DNA of 63,832 nt, counting the filler. It is 6 parts of 6 records of this genome, joined end to end, with 100 filler letters (N's around TTAATTAATTAA, not from the genome) between each part and the next. Parts side by side here need not be neighbours in the genome. Positions count along the whole stretch, not along the records: positions 47,902 to 57,872 come from DRR723986_14203; positions 57,973 to 63,832 come from DRR723986_14219; 4 more parts are not named here. One strand, 5' to 3'. The notes below the pieces were generated by a model. That model was not told the DNA's origin. It ran no database searches and was given only the letters and a program-made list of their open reading frames with translations. The position numbers and the translations under genes are program-made. This document shows positions 49,679-58,995 of the stretch, one piece after another (position 1 is the first letter of the stretch; each line of letters begins with the position of its first letter).

Positions 49679-50191
49679 TCACTGACCGTTGCGAAGCTTG
49701 CCGCAGGTCTTTGCAAAGGCTTTGAACGTGTCGTTCGGAGCCGGCAGTTGCGATTCAACTGTGCCTTCACGCTTGGTCTCGACGGTGAAAGGCTCACCCA
49801 GAACGGCTGAGTTGAAGACCTGGGCAGCCACGCTGTGAGACTTGGTTTCGATCGACTTGATCGCGGGGATGTAGCGGAAGGTTGCGTCTGTTGCGGCCTC
49901 ATCACCAACCTGTATCTTTGCTTGGGTCGAGCGGGAGTAGCTGGCATTGCGTTCCAGCAAGTCGGGCAAAGATGCTGCTTCCAGTGAAAGCAAGGCTTTC
50001 AGCATGCCCTGGCCATCGCAGACCAGAAGGGCACCGGTTTCATCCGCACTATCGGTGTAAATCGCAAGTGGTGCGGCCTCATCCTGGCCTTTCCAGGAAG
50101 CCCACTCAGCCGCTGAAGCGGGCAGAGCAGATGCAAGACCGACCATAGCAAGGCAGGCAGCTGCCCGCATGAAAGTCCGTTTCAAAGTCAT
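49679..50191 (-). CDS. Secreted hypothetical protein with two mature-domain Cys
   Basis: Signal peptide ending ASA-A; LVCDG and KTCG suggest a disulfide. Confidence 0.75.
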   Translation of the reverse strand: MTLKRTFMRAAACLAMVGLASALPASAAEWASWKGQDEAAPLAIYTDSADETGALLVCDGQGMLKALLSLEAASLPDLLERNASYSRSTQAKIQVGDEAATDATFRYIPAIKSIETKSHSVAAQVFNSAVLGEPFTVETKREGTVESQLPAPNDTFKAFAKTCGKLRNGQ

Positions 50192-50231
50192 TTGTAAGAT
50201 CCCGTATATGGCCCCGGGGATCACCTAAGCA

Positions 50232-50250
50232 ATTATTGATTATCAATAAT
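50232..50250. promoter_or_regulatory. Fur-like operator
   Basis: ATTATTGAT-T-ATCAATAAT, perfect 9-1-9 palindrome; 13/19 match (minus strand) to GATAATGATAATCATTATC. Confidence 0.6.
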
Positions 50251-50307
50251 CATTCTTCCAGTAAAGGAATTTGTTGGATCGACCGATCCGCTGCTTGCTG
50301 TTTGAAT

Positions 50308-51114
50308 TCAAGCCTTCGAAAAGGCAGAGAGGTTCTCTGGCGTGGGCTTGGCTTCCATGCCCTTCGGTGGATCAGGGATGAGAGTGGCGCGTTTGACCGG
50401 CGTGCCGCGGCCTTCTGCAACCAGTTCAGCGGTCCGCTGCTCCACCACTTCGGTGAGACGTTCCATGAATTCCTCTTTCGGTAAGTCCCAAGGGATAGGC
50501 TCAAGGAATTCGATAATCGCCATGCCAGGACGTTTTTCCTTTTCCTGCTGCTGCCAGTAGAGGCCGATATTGGTCGCAACCGGTACGACCGGTGCCTGCA
50601 TGGCCTGCGCCATGTGCCAGACGCCGGGCTTGTAACGGAAGTGAAAGTCGACCGGGGCCAGATGACCTTCGGGATAGATCAGAATGCGCCGGCCGTCCTG
50701 CTTGGCCCGTTCCATGCCTTCTCGCAGGGATGCCGCCTTGCGGTCCCCACCGCCACAGGTGTCGATAACAATGGCGCCGAGCTTGCGCAGGATACCGCCC
50801 ACGAGCGGAAACTTCTCCAGATGGTCACCCGTCACGAAGGCGAGGTTCCTGACCTCCGGATAGACAAGGTAGCCGTCCCCCCAGCTCTGGTGCTTTGATG
50901 CAAGGATAAATGCCCCTTCGGGGAGTCTGTCCCGGCCTCGCACCTCTTTGCGGATACCTGCCACCCACCGAAGGTTCAGGTTCATGGCGCGGGTATAGCT
51001 GCGGATGATCGCCCGAACGGGCGTATGCCCTGGTAGAATAAGGAAGGGCACAGAGGTCAGGACGTACAGGGCCGAAAGTAGGTAGTAGACAAATGTAAAC
51101 AGGGCTGCGCGCAT
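50308..51114 (-). CDS. 1-acyl-sn-glycerol-3-phosphate acyltransferase-like protein (PlsC family)
   Basis: KHQSWGD (HX4D), IYPEG, VVPVA. Confidence 0.88.
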   Translation of the reverse strand: MRAALFTFVYYLLSALYVLTSVPFLILPGHTPVRAIIRSYTRAMNLNLRWVAGIRKEVRGRDRLPEGAFILASKHQSWGDGYLVYPEVRNLAFVTGDHLEKFPLVGGILRKLGAIVIDTCGGGDRKAASLREGMERAKQDGRRILIYPEGHLAPVDFHFRYKPGVWHMAQAMQAPVVPVATNIGLYWQQQEKEKRPGMAIIEFLEPIPWDLPKEEFMERLTEVVEQRTAELVAEGRGTPVKRATLIPDPPKGMEAKPTPENLSAFSKA

Positions 51115-51151
51115 GGCGAGTTTCCTTTTGCCTTTTGGATGTTACGGGCGA

Positions 51152-51772
51152 CTATTCGGATTTCAGCACGGCCACGACGGCGCGTGCCATAGCGTCAGCA
51201 TGCTGAGCGAAAAGACCGGGCAACCGGTTGTAGATCTTGTTCTGACCTGCCTGCATCACCACACCGAGAGCCATCGCCGCTTTCAGGGCAGGGTCGCCTT
51301 TTGGGATGATGCCTTCATTCATCAATCCGCCGATGATGCGCTCTGTAATGGAGACGGGATCGTCCTCGCGCTTTTTATCGTAGGGAAGGTACCGGTTGAG
51401 TGAGACAAGGTGGAAAGAGAACAGAAGGAAGTCTTCATCCGCCAGTTCACAATAGGCTTTCACGGCTGCATGCACTTTGTCTTCCAGCGTGCCGTCCCCG
51501 GACAGGGCTTCCTGCATCATCTGGCCCAGGCGATTGTGGGTTTCCATGAACAGGCTGAGGGCCAGCTGGTCCTTGCCTTTGTAGTGCCGGTACAGAGCTC
51601 CTTCCGACACGCCGGCCTTTTCAGCAATCTCTCGTGTCGTTGCAGCATCCACACCCTCATGGACGAAGAGCTTCAACGCCGCGCGCTCGATTTTGGGACG
51701 CGCATTGCGCGCCCGCGTTTTCTTGGCGGTGGTATTGGTTGCCGCAGTATTTCTTGTCATAGGAAGCTCCAT
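51152..51772 (-). CDS. TetR-family regulator
   Basis: AALKLFVHEG..ATTREIAEKAGVSEGALYRHY. Start at 51760 or 51772. Confidence 0.9.
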   Translation of the reverse strand: MELPMTRNTAATNTTAKKTRARNARPKIERAALKLFVHEGVDAATTREIAEKAGVSEGALYRHYKGKDQLALSLFMETHNRLGQMMQEALSGDGTLEDKVHAAVKAYCELADEDFLLFSFHLVSLNRYLPYDKKREDDPVSITERIIGGLMNEGIIPKGDPALKAAMALGVVMQAGQNKIYNRLPGLFAQHADAMARAVVAVLKSE

Positions 51773-51808
51773 GCTCACTTCAACAGATAGCACAAGATCC
51801 AATAAAAG

Positions 51809-51826
51809 CAAGTGAGTGCTCACTTG
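51809..51826. promoter_or_regulatory. TetR operator
   Basis: CAAGTGAG-TG-CTCACTTG, perfect 8-2-8 palindrome; extra half-site TGCTCACTT at 51772-51780. Confidence 0.75.
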
Positions 51827-51926
51827 TTTTTGCGTATTTGGGCCAAAACACCGATCCAGACATCGATAGTGATTTGATTGTGGGGGCTATGTCTGGCTTT
51901 CTTGTGGAAAATACCGGAGGAGCCCC

Positions 51927-52484
51927 ATGCGGAAACTACTCATCTTACCGGCGTTTGCTATGACTGCCTGTATGGCTTTACCCGCCGAGGCCGGTCAATC
52001 CACACCAGCGCCAGCTGCTTCCCCACCGCCGCCATGCAGTGACGCAGTTTATCACCAGTTCGATTTCTGGATTGGGGACTGGAACGTTTACGATCAGGCC
52101 GGAAAACTTGCAGGCACGAATTCGATCCAGCCAGCGGAGCAGGGGTGTCTCCTGATCGAGCACTGGATAAATACCGGTGGCGGGACCGGACAAAGTTACA
52201 ATTTCTTCGATCCCGGTACCGGGAAGTGGCGCCAGATCTGGGTGAATGCAGGCGGTGTTATCGATTATTCCGGTGGTTTAACTGATACTGGGTCCATGCT
52301 GCTCGAGGGAGAGATCCGGAATCGTGGAGGAGTCGGCGTGGCGCCATTCACGGGGGAGTGGACTCTGAATGCAGATGGCTCAGTCACACAGTATTTTCGG
52401 CAACAAGATACTGAAACAGGCGAATGGTCTAACTGGTTTGTCGGACGCTATGTGCGCAGGGACCAGGACGCTGATCAGCCCTGA
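51927..52484 (+). CDS. Secreted hypothetical protein (DUF1579-like beta protein)
   Basis: GGAGG SD, signal peptide, QFDFWIGDWNV, GCLLIEHW, WRQIWV; 3' end overlaps purS by 10 nt. Confidence 0.75.
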   Translation: MRKLLILPAFAMTACMALPAEAGQSTPAPAASPPPPCSDAVYHQFDFWIGDWNVYDQAGKLAGTNSIQPAEQGCLLIEHWINTGGGTGQSYNFFDPGTGKWRQIWVNAGGVIDYSGGLTDTGSMLLEGEIRNRGGVGVAPFTGEWTLNADGSVTQYFRQQDTETGEWSNWFVGRYVRRDQDADQP

Positions 52485-52720
52485 AGATCGATGCGGTAGC
52501 TCTCGATCACAGTGTTTGCGAGGAGTTTCTCGCACATCTCTTTGACGCGGGTATTTGCGTCTGCCTGGCTGAGCCCATCTTCGAGGTCGAGTTCTATGAC
52601 CTTGCCAATACGGGCGCTTTCCACTTCCTTGTAGCCCATACGTGCCAACGTATCGGCAACAGCTTTGCCTTGAGGGTCCAGCACGCCGTTCTTCAGGGCA
52701 ACATGCACAATGGCTTTCAT
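52475..52720 (-). CDS. purS: FGAM synthase subunit PurS
   Basis: LKNGVLDPQG, RIGK, LLANTVIE. Confidence 0.95.
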   Translation of the reverse strand: MKAIVHVALKNGVLDPQGKAVADTLARMGYKEVESARIGKVIELDLEDGLSQADANTRVKEMCEKLLANTVIESYRIDLQG

Positions 52721-52812
52721 CCGGTGGTCTCCTGGCAGGGTGCGAGTCGCGCCTCATCTAGCGCAATTGCCCGGCGATTGGAATATTGTCGGCAGTTACA
52801 GGGGGGGTCTGT

Positions 52813-53586
52813 TTACTTGCCGCTGTTGAAGCTGACGACGTTGTCGGTTTCGCCGGATTCCCGGATAATTCCGAGGCGGCGCGCGACTTCCGCATAGGCT
52901 TCTGTCACGCCGCCGAGGTCACGCCGGAAGCGGTCCTTGTCCAGCTTGTCACCTGTTTCGAAATCCCACAAACGGCAGGAATCGGGGCTGATCTCGTCGG
53001 CCAGCAGAATACGCGGGATCTCCGCATCGCCCTCGAAATAGCGGCCAAATTCCAGCTTGAAGTCGATCAGGCGGATACCCACGGCTGCGAACAGGCCTGA
53101 CATGAAATCATTCACGCGCAGGGCGAGGGAAACCAGGTCGTCATATTCCTGCGGACCGGCCCAGCCGAAGGCGGCAATGTGTTCCTCTGTCACCAGTGGA
53201 TCATGCAGCGCATCGTCCTTGTAATAAAATTCGACGATCGGGCGAGGCAGAACCTGGCCCTCTTCAATGCCGAGACGCTTGGCCAGAGAGCCTGCGGCCA
53301 CATTGCGTACCACGACTTCCAGCGGGATGATCTCGACCTTCTTGATCAGCTGCTCGCGCATATTTAGGCGGCGGATGAAGTGGGTTGGAATGCCGACACC
53401 TGCCAGGCGTGTCATCATGAATTCGCTGATGCGGTTGTTCAGAACGCCTTTGCCATCCAGAACAGCGCGTTTCTGGGCGTCAAAAGCCGTCGTATCATCC
53501 TTGAAATACTGAATAAGGGTGCCCGGCTCCGGACCCTCATAAAGAATCTTGGCCTTGCCTTCGTAAACGACACGCCGTTTGTTCAT
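52813..53586 (-). CDS. purC: SAICAR synthetase
   Basis: [50 protein letters not shown]. Confidence 0.96.
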   Translation of the reverse strand: MNKRRVVYEGKAKILYEGPEPGTLIQYFKDDTTAFDAQKRAVLDGKGVLNNRISEFMMTRLAGVGIPTHFIRRLNMREQLIKKVEIIPLEVVVRNVAAGSLAKRLGIEEGQVLPRPIVEFYYKDDALHDPLVTEEHIAAFGWAGPQEYDDLVSLALRVNDFMSGLFAAVGIRLIDFKLEFGRYFEGDAEIPRILLADEISPDSCRLWDFETGDKLDKDRFRRDLGGVTEAYAEVARRLGIIRESGETDNVVSFNSGK

Positions 53587-53767
53587 GGATAAACCCCTTT
53601 CATGGGCCCCTGTCATGGGGCCGGGACGGTCTCACTGGACAGGAATCGCCGCAGCCCCACCGCTAGCGGCTCCTGTTACGCCAATCCGTCGCGGGAAACA
53701 ATTATTGCACACACCTTGCCGAGGACTCTATATCCCGCCAAGGTCTACTTATTGGAAAGGTCCTGTG

Positions 53768-54088
53768 ATGAGCACATTCAACGATCGGGAGCGCGCGGAA
53801 GAAGCGCGGTTTGCGCTCACCGAGGAACAACAGTTCAAGGTCATGAACCGGCGGAACAAGCTGCTCGGCTTGTGGGCCGCGGGCGTCATGGGCATGGGGG
53901 AAGACGACGCAGAAGCCTATGCGAAAACGGTCGTCCTGTCGGACCTCGAAGAAGCAGGCGACGAGGACGTTTTCCGCAAAGTTCGCGCTGACCTCGACAA
54001 GGCCAAGACAGGCACCAGCGATGCAGATATCCGCGAGCAGATGGCGGTCCTGCTGCCGGAAGCCCGATCGCAGGTCATCGACGAATAA
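53768..54088 (+). CDS. DUF1476 protein, the alphaproteobacterial ATP synthase zeta inhibitor
   Basis: MSTFNDRERAEEARFA...RRNKLLGLWAA...GDEDVFRKV; divergent from purC. Confidence 0.9.
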   Translation: MSTFNDRERAEEARFALTEEQQFKVMNRRNKLLGLWAAGVMGMGEDDAEAYAKTVVLSDLEEAGDEDVFRKVRADLDKAKTGTSDADIREQMAVLLPEARSQVIDE

Positions 54089-54113
54089 TCGAGTATCTTT
54101 ATTGTACTCAAAC

Positions 54114-54148
54114 AAAGCGGCGCTACTCCGGAGGAGTGGCGCCGTTTT
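54114..54148. terminator. Bidirectional terminator
   Basis: AAAGCGGCGCTACTCC-GGA-GGAGTGGCGCCGTTTT between convergent genes. Confidence 0.75.
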
Positions 54149-54157
54149 ATTGATTGA

Positions 54158-55222
54158 TCATTCGCCGGTCGCCGGGAACTGCGTGCCTGGCTGGAATACA
54201 TCAGAGCAGCGGCGAGTATTCTCGCCAAGCGGCGTGTAGGAGATGCAGGAATAGTAAGCTGAGCCACGGTCACCGAAGTCCGGAGCGCCATGCCATTGCT
54301 GCAGTTCTTTCTTTCCGGTCCAATTGCTCACGAACAGTCGCCCGGCATTTTTGGGCAATTGTGGGTCGTTCACCGGCGTCTGGTAGATCAGCTTCCCATC
54401 AACGTACCAACTGATGCCTTCAGGCTTCCAGTCGAAAGCATAGAGGTGATCCTGCTCGGAAGCATCAAACGGCAATTTGATCCGCGCGCTGTTGCCGGTT
54501 TTGCCTTTGTGGAAGTAATTCAGTTCAACGATGCTGGTGTCTTTCCCGACGAATTCGATATCGATCTCGTCATGCGGTTTGCCGAAATAGGGGCCGGTAT
54601 AGGTGAAAAAGGCTGACACAAGCCCGGATCCCTTTGCCGGGCGCATGATCGTTTCGTAGCGACCGTAACCATAGGTGCCGAGCACTGAGACCTCTGCCAG
54701 TCCATATGGCTTTTCCGGATTTCCCGTCGCTGTGACGTCCAGACGGAGCCCGTCAGGACCGGACACCACATTTTCGCGAACCCAGTCTCCGCCCTGGAAA
54801 CTGTCGTCATTGCTATGCTCGGAAATGTAAAATCGCTCTGCTGGCAGGCCGTTTCCGAGAATGGAAATGAACGCGCCATCCGACTTCAGCATCGGCGCAT
54901 CAGGCTGCAAAGTGTAAGGACCTTCCCGGCGCGCGGCAATTTTCTGTTGTGTGTTTACCGAGCGGTCGGAGGTCCAGGGGACCACAGGGGCCATGTCAGC
55001 CACGCGGGGTGCCGCAGTCCGGTTGGTGGGTGATCCGAAGTGTTCCGATGGGTGTCGAAGAGCCGAAAAAATGGCGACGCAAAGGGCAAACGCGACCACA
55101 ACCACAGCCACGACGGCCCGGGGTTGCCAGTCCTGTAAGAAATTCTTCAGGCTGCGATCTGTAGTGTCTGTTGGCATTCGATGGTCCGATCTCAATTCGG
55201 GCCATCGCAAGAAACGGGCCAT
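54158..55222 (-). CDS. GH16 beta-glucanase (ExoK/licheninase-like) with N-terminal membrane anchor
   Basis: YGYGRYE, GSGLVSAFFTY, catalytic DEIDIEFVG, HLYAFDW...WYVDG. ATG at 55222 overlaps the ygfA stop; alternative start at 55177. Confidence 0.9.
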   Translation of the reverse strand: MARFLRWPELRSDHRMPTDTTDRSLKNFLQDWQPRAVVAVVVVAFALCVAIFSALRHPSEHFGSPTNRTAAPRVADMAPVVPWTSDRSVNTQQKIAARREGPYTLQPDAPMLKSDGAFISILGNGLPAERFYISEHSNDDSFQGGDWVRENVVSGPDGLRLDVTATGNPEKPYGLAEVSVLGTYGYGRYETIMRPAKGSGLVSAFFTYTGPYFGKPHDEIDIEFVGKDTSIVELNYFHKGKTGNSARIKLPFDASEQDHLYAFDWKPEGISWYVDGKLIYQTPVNDPQLPKNAGRLFVSNWTGKKELQQWHGAPDFGDRGSAYYSCISYTPLGENTRRCSDVFQPGTQFPATGE

Positions 55223-55827
55223 TAACCTTGTTTCAGAGCCGACATATTGCGCATCATGAACAGCGGAATAGAGCCAGCTGGAGTGATGGCCCAATCAAGT
55301 GGCTGATCGTGCGGCTCAGCAGGAACATCGTCGATCTGCTGGGCTGCATAAGCCACCGCACAGGCAAATGCCCGGCCTTCGGATCTTAACGTTTGCAGCG
55401 CCTGATCGTAGTGGCCTTTACCATAGCCGAGGCGATTGCCTTTTGCATCGAACGCCAGCAGTGGGGTCAGGATCAGCGTTGGGTGAGCTTCAGGCGCATC
55501 CTCTGTGGGTTCGCTGAGGCCGAAGGGGCGTCGCTCCAGCGGTTCGCCAAAGCTCCACAGGCGCCATGAAATTCCGCCTCCTGGCAACATCCGAGGCAGG
55601 CAAAGTTCAGCCCCAGCGTCAGCAAGCCGCTTCATCAGCGGCATGGGGTCCAGTTCCTCGTTGATCGGGACATAGCCTGAAACGACCGGCCCGTAGCGCT
55701 GCAGCAGTTTCATCGGAAACAGGTCAGCGATTTTCTCTGCAGCATCGGGATCCCGCGCGGCGGCTTCGGCGCGAATGGTGCGCATCCGGTGTCGTAGTTG
55801 GATCTTGTCGGGCGGAGCTGAGGTCAT
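55222..55827 (-). CDS. ygfA: 5-formyltetrahydrofolate cyclo-ligase
   Basis: EELDP, LCLPR, PLLAFD..GNRLGYGKGHYD, PHDQPLD. Confidence 0.92.
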   Translation of the reverse strand: MTSAPPDKIQLRHRMRTIRAEAAARDPDAAEKIADLFPMKLLQRYGPVVSGYVPINEELDPMPLMKRLADAGAELCLPRMLPGGGISWRLWSFGEPLERRPFGLSEPTEDAPEAHPTLILTPLLAFDAKGNRLGYGKGHYDQALQTLRSEGRAFACAVAYAAQQIDDVPAEPHDQPLDWAITPAGSIPLFMMRNMSALKQG

Positions 55828-55894
55828 GCAGCCAGCCTTAGAGAGGTCTGACCGGGGCGTCACGTCCCCTTCAACGTTTCGGCTGCGGGAAATG

Positions 55895-56061
55895 TGCACA
55901 AGAACCGCGAACGCCGCAGGGCATATTCACTCCCGTCAACCTAGAGACTAGGTGGGCGCCGGGTGAGACGGGGCCACGGCCCCATCCAGATTGCCAGCTC
56001 CCTGACGGAAAGTAAGGTCGCCGGAGATCAGTCCCTTCGCGCACGCCGCAGCCCTTGTGCA
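55895..56061 (-). ncRNA. ssrS: 6S RNA
   Basis: Complementary ends (TGCACAAG/CTTGTGCA) closing ~167 nt; central AGGGAGCTG...GGCGCCCACCTA motifs typical of alphaproteobacterial 6S; immediately upstream of ygfA. Confidence 0.85.
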
Positions 56062-56102
56062 GGACCAGATGTAGGCGTGAATGCGCTCGATTGTAAGCGG
56101 GA

Positions 56103-57173
56103 TTATTCTGACTCGACTGCAATGTCGAAAGCGAGCAGGAGCGTACGCTGTTGTGGATTGAAATTGTCGTCAGAGATAATCCAGACGCGGGCCATACCGT
56201 CTCCGAGGTCCGTGACGGTGATGCCTTCGTAATTGTCGACAGCCAGCGGGCGGGTGAGGACGACTTCCTTATCTCCGTTCTGCCAGCTCAGCACATTGCG
56301 GTTGCCGCGGATGGGATCGTAGCTGCGGAATAGCCAGAAGGTCTCGTCCTCGCCGCCAATGTGAACAGTATCAAACCCAACAAAGGCGTAGCCGGCCGGA
56401 TTGGGCGCGACTTCGTCAGTCCAGCCGGCTTCCTGGAGGTTTGCCACCGCGCCGATTGGTGAGTGGCCGTTTTCCACTGTCTCGTACCCGAACAGAATAT
56501 TGCCTTCCGGGGTGACTGTGAGGGCTTCGGCACCGCGATTCTCGTCGACAAGGCTGTCTGCATATACGTCCGGCAGCGGGCTGATGGGGGCCTCGACCGC
56601 GGCCGCGCCGCAGCGATCCAGATCGAATGCCGAGATGCGATGGGTGCGTTCAAAACTGACTATGGCAAGACCATTCCGGACTGCCAGGCCCTCAGCATCC
56701 CCCAATGACTTGCCTTGGAGCAGATTACCGTCTGCGCCCAGCATGTATGCAAGCTGGCCGGCACCGCTGGGCGTGTCGTTCTCAAGGCTGATCCAGACAA
56801 ACGCACCATCATCGGCGACCGCGAGCAGGTTGCCGTCGCCGTCGAGTGCGAGATCGGAAAGGCCGCCAAAGCTGGCATTATCCGACGTCAGTGCCCATCC
56901 ACCGGCGTACGATGCATCATCGGAAAGTCGCTTGGCGATCTCGTTTTCCGGCCCGAGTTCGATTGGGCTGGCGGAAATCCCGATCGGGGCTGGAGCTGAA
57001 TAACCAGTTCCTGCCGGGCAGGAAGCTTCGGAAAGGCGCTCTGCGACCGTGTCCAGACTCCAGGCTGATTCCGCGTCTGGCATGGCGACCCTGGGCGCCT
57101 CCGGCATGTCCGGCGTACCGGTGCAGGTTGCGAGCAGAAGCAGGGTGGCAAAGTGAAATGAGCGGCGCAGCAT
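56103..57173 (-). CDS. 'Esterase-like activity of phytase' family beta-propeller lipoprotein
   Basis: Lipobox-like LATC, FGGLSDL, DAEGL, VSFER, NRGAEAL, DNYEGI, ISDDNFNPQQRTLL. Confidence 0.85.
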   Translation of the reverse strand: MLRRSFHFATLLLLATCTGTPDMPEAPRVAMPDAESAWSLDTVAERLSEASCPAGTGYSAPAPIGISASPIELGPENEIAKRLSDDASYAGGWALTSDNASFGGLSDLALDGDGNLLAVADDGAFVWISLENDTPSGAGQLAYMLGADGNLLQGKSLGDAEGLAVRNGLAIVSFERTHRISAFDLDRCGAAAVEAPISPLPDVYADSLVDENRGAEALTVTPEGNILFGYETVENGHSPIGAVANLQEAGWTDEVAPNPAGYAFVGFDTVHIGGEDETFWLFRSYDPIRGNRNVLSWQNGDKEVVLTRPLAVDNYEGITVTDLGDGMARVWIISDDNFNPQQRTLLLAFDIAVESE

Positions 57174-57279
57174 CGGGACCTCGGTTTCAAGGGAGCGTCT
57201 GCCTGTGCCTTGCGGCAAAAACGTGAAGGCTTCGCGAAGAAGTCTGGATTTCAAATGCGAACCCATTCAGGAGTTGGGT

Positions 57280-57744
57280 ATGACGCAGATTCCTCTTGCC
57301 CGCCGTTCACCCGTTCAGCCGGACGCCTGTAATCTCGCAAAGGCGATCGATGTGGTCGGAGACCGATGGATACTGCTGATCCTGCGCGCCGCACTCTATG
57401 GGGTGCGCCGGTTCGATGATTTTCAGGCCGAACTTGCCTGCCCGCGAACCGTCTTGTCTGGCCGGCTTAAAAAGCTGGTTGAAGAAGGCCTGTTGACGAA
57501 ACGAACCTACAAATCGCCGGGGAAACGCTCCCGTCCGGAATATGTCCTGTCTCCCATGGGGCTGTCTTTGCGGCCGATTCTCATCGGCCTGACCCAGTGG
57601 GGCGATGCCTGGCTTGGTCAGGGTGAAACGCCGCCAATCAGTTTCACCAAAGCCGGCTCCAAATCGGCGATCCGTGCCGCTTTTGTGGATATCGAGGGGC
57701 GTGAGGTGCGCCCCGATCAGATCCGTCCCGTCCTTCGCGGATGA
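57280..57744 (+). CDS. HxlR-family winged-helix regulator
   Basis: CNLAKAIDVVGDRWILLILR, RFDDFQ, EYVLS..G. Confidence 0.9.
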   Translation: MTQIPLARRSPVQPDACNLAKAIDVVGDRWILLILRAALYGVRRFDDFQAELACPRTVLSGRLKKLVEEGLLTKRTYKSPGKRSRPEYVLSPMGLSLRPILIGLTQWGDAWLGQGETPPISFTKAGSKSAIRAAFVDIEGREVRPDQIRPVLRG

Positions 57745-57842
57745 TTTGTGCAGTGGCGCCGAAATTCGGCCTTGCAAAGCGGTTCGCTATGCGCTTAATC
57801 ACGCCTCTCGGCAGCCCCGGTTGCCGCATACCCTATCAGGAC

Positions 57843-57872
57843 GCGGGCGTAGCTCAGGGGTAGAGCACAACC
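57843..57872 (+). tRNA. tRNA-Gly, probably GCC, 5' fragment
   Basis: GCGGGCGTAGCTCAGGGGTAGAGCACAACC matches the 5' part of alphaproteobacterial tRNA-Gly(GCC). The anticodon is cut off by the contig end. Confidence 0.8.
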
Positions 57873-57972
57873 NNNNNNNNNNNNNNNNNNNNNNNNNNNN
57901 NNNNNNNNNNNNNNNNTTAATTAATTAANNNNNNNNNNNNNNNNNNNNNNNNNNNNNNNNNNNNNNNNNNNN
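57873..57972. other. Artificial contig spacer
   Basis: N44-TTAATTAATTAA-N44. Confidence 0.99.
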
Positions 57973-58065
57973 CCCTTCAAGTTCAGTTCCCAATCAACCA
58001 GTCCCGTGCGGCACAAGGTACCCACGCCGAGTGGGCGAACGAATGAGAATCCTAATCGCGTGCGC

Positions 58066-58995
58066 TCAACTCACCGAGTCATTCAACGCCGCCAGCAACC
58101 TGGCCTCTGTCAAATCCCCATTACAGAGCTCAATAAACTTGTACGCAAACGACCGCAGGTAGTGTCCTTTGCGAATGGCAATGCTGGTGGTGTTCATCGG
58201 CAAATCCGATTCAACATCAAGCACCGCCAGGCCGGTGTCTTTCACCGGGTTGTAGGCCATGCTGGCAATAATGCCAACCCCCAAGCCCAGTTCCACATAG
58301 GTTTTGATCACATCCGCATCCAGTGCTGAAATAGCGACATCCAGCGTTAAACCCAGCTTGCGGAAAGTTTCGTCGATCTTGATTCGTCCGGTGAAACCCT
58401 CTTGATAGGTCACAATCGGATATTCAGCCACATCCTGCAAAGTGGGCTTGGCCAGTTTCAACAAGGGATGGCCTTGCTGCACCACCACCTGGTGTTTCCA
58501 CTGGTAATAAGGAAACGAAACAAGGTCATCGACATTGCCCAGCACTTCCGTTGCGATGCCAATGTCGGCCTGCCCGTCCAACAACATCTGGGTAATTTCT
58601 TTGGGGCTGCCTTGGTGCATGCGCAAGTGCACTTTCGGGAAAACTTTTTTGAACTCATTGACCACCGTGGGCAATGAATAACGGGCCTGCGTGTGCGTGG
58701 TGACCACGGTCAGCTGACCCACGTCGCGACTGCTGTATTGCTCAGCCAGGTTTTTGATGTTTTTCGCATCCAGCAACATGCGTTCAACCAGCACCAGCAA
58801 CTCCTTTCCCGGGTCTGTCAAACCCATCAGGCGTTTGCCTTTGCGAATGAACAATTCCACACCCAGCTCTTCTTCGAGGTCACGAATGTGTTTCGAGACG
58901 CCAGGCTGCGAGGTGTACAAACTGTTGGCCACTTCAGTCAGGTTGTAACCCTGACGAACCGTTTCGCGAATAATGCGCAACTGCTGGAAATTCAT
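58066..58995 (-). CDS. cysB: CysB/Cbl-family LysR regulator
   Basis: [48 protein letters not shown]. Confidence 0.92.
   Translation of the reverse strand: MNFQQLRIIRETVRQGYNLTEVANSLYTSQPGVSKHIRDLEEELGVELFIRKGKRLMGLTDPGKELLVLVERMLLDAKNIKNLAEQYSSRDVGQLTVVTTHTQARYSLPTVVNEFKKVFPKVHLRMHQGSPKEITQMLLDGQADIGIATEVLGNVDDLVSFPYYQWKHQVVVQQGHPLLKLAKPTLQDVAEYPIVTYQEGFTGRIKIDETFRKLGLTLDVAISALDADVIKTYVELGLGVGIIASMAYNPVKDTGLAVLDVESDLPMNTTSIAIRKGHYLRSFAYKFIELCNGDLTEARLLAALNDSVS

Noticed and set aside
53768..54088. ATP synthase zeta gene far from the atp operon
   Set aside because: A separate location near purC is the usual alphaproteobacterial arrangement.
57843..57872. tRNA fragment as a prophage or island att site
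   Set aside because: It is the 5' part cut by the contig end. att duplications usually involve the 3' end, and no integrase is visible.
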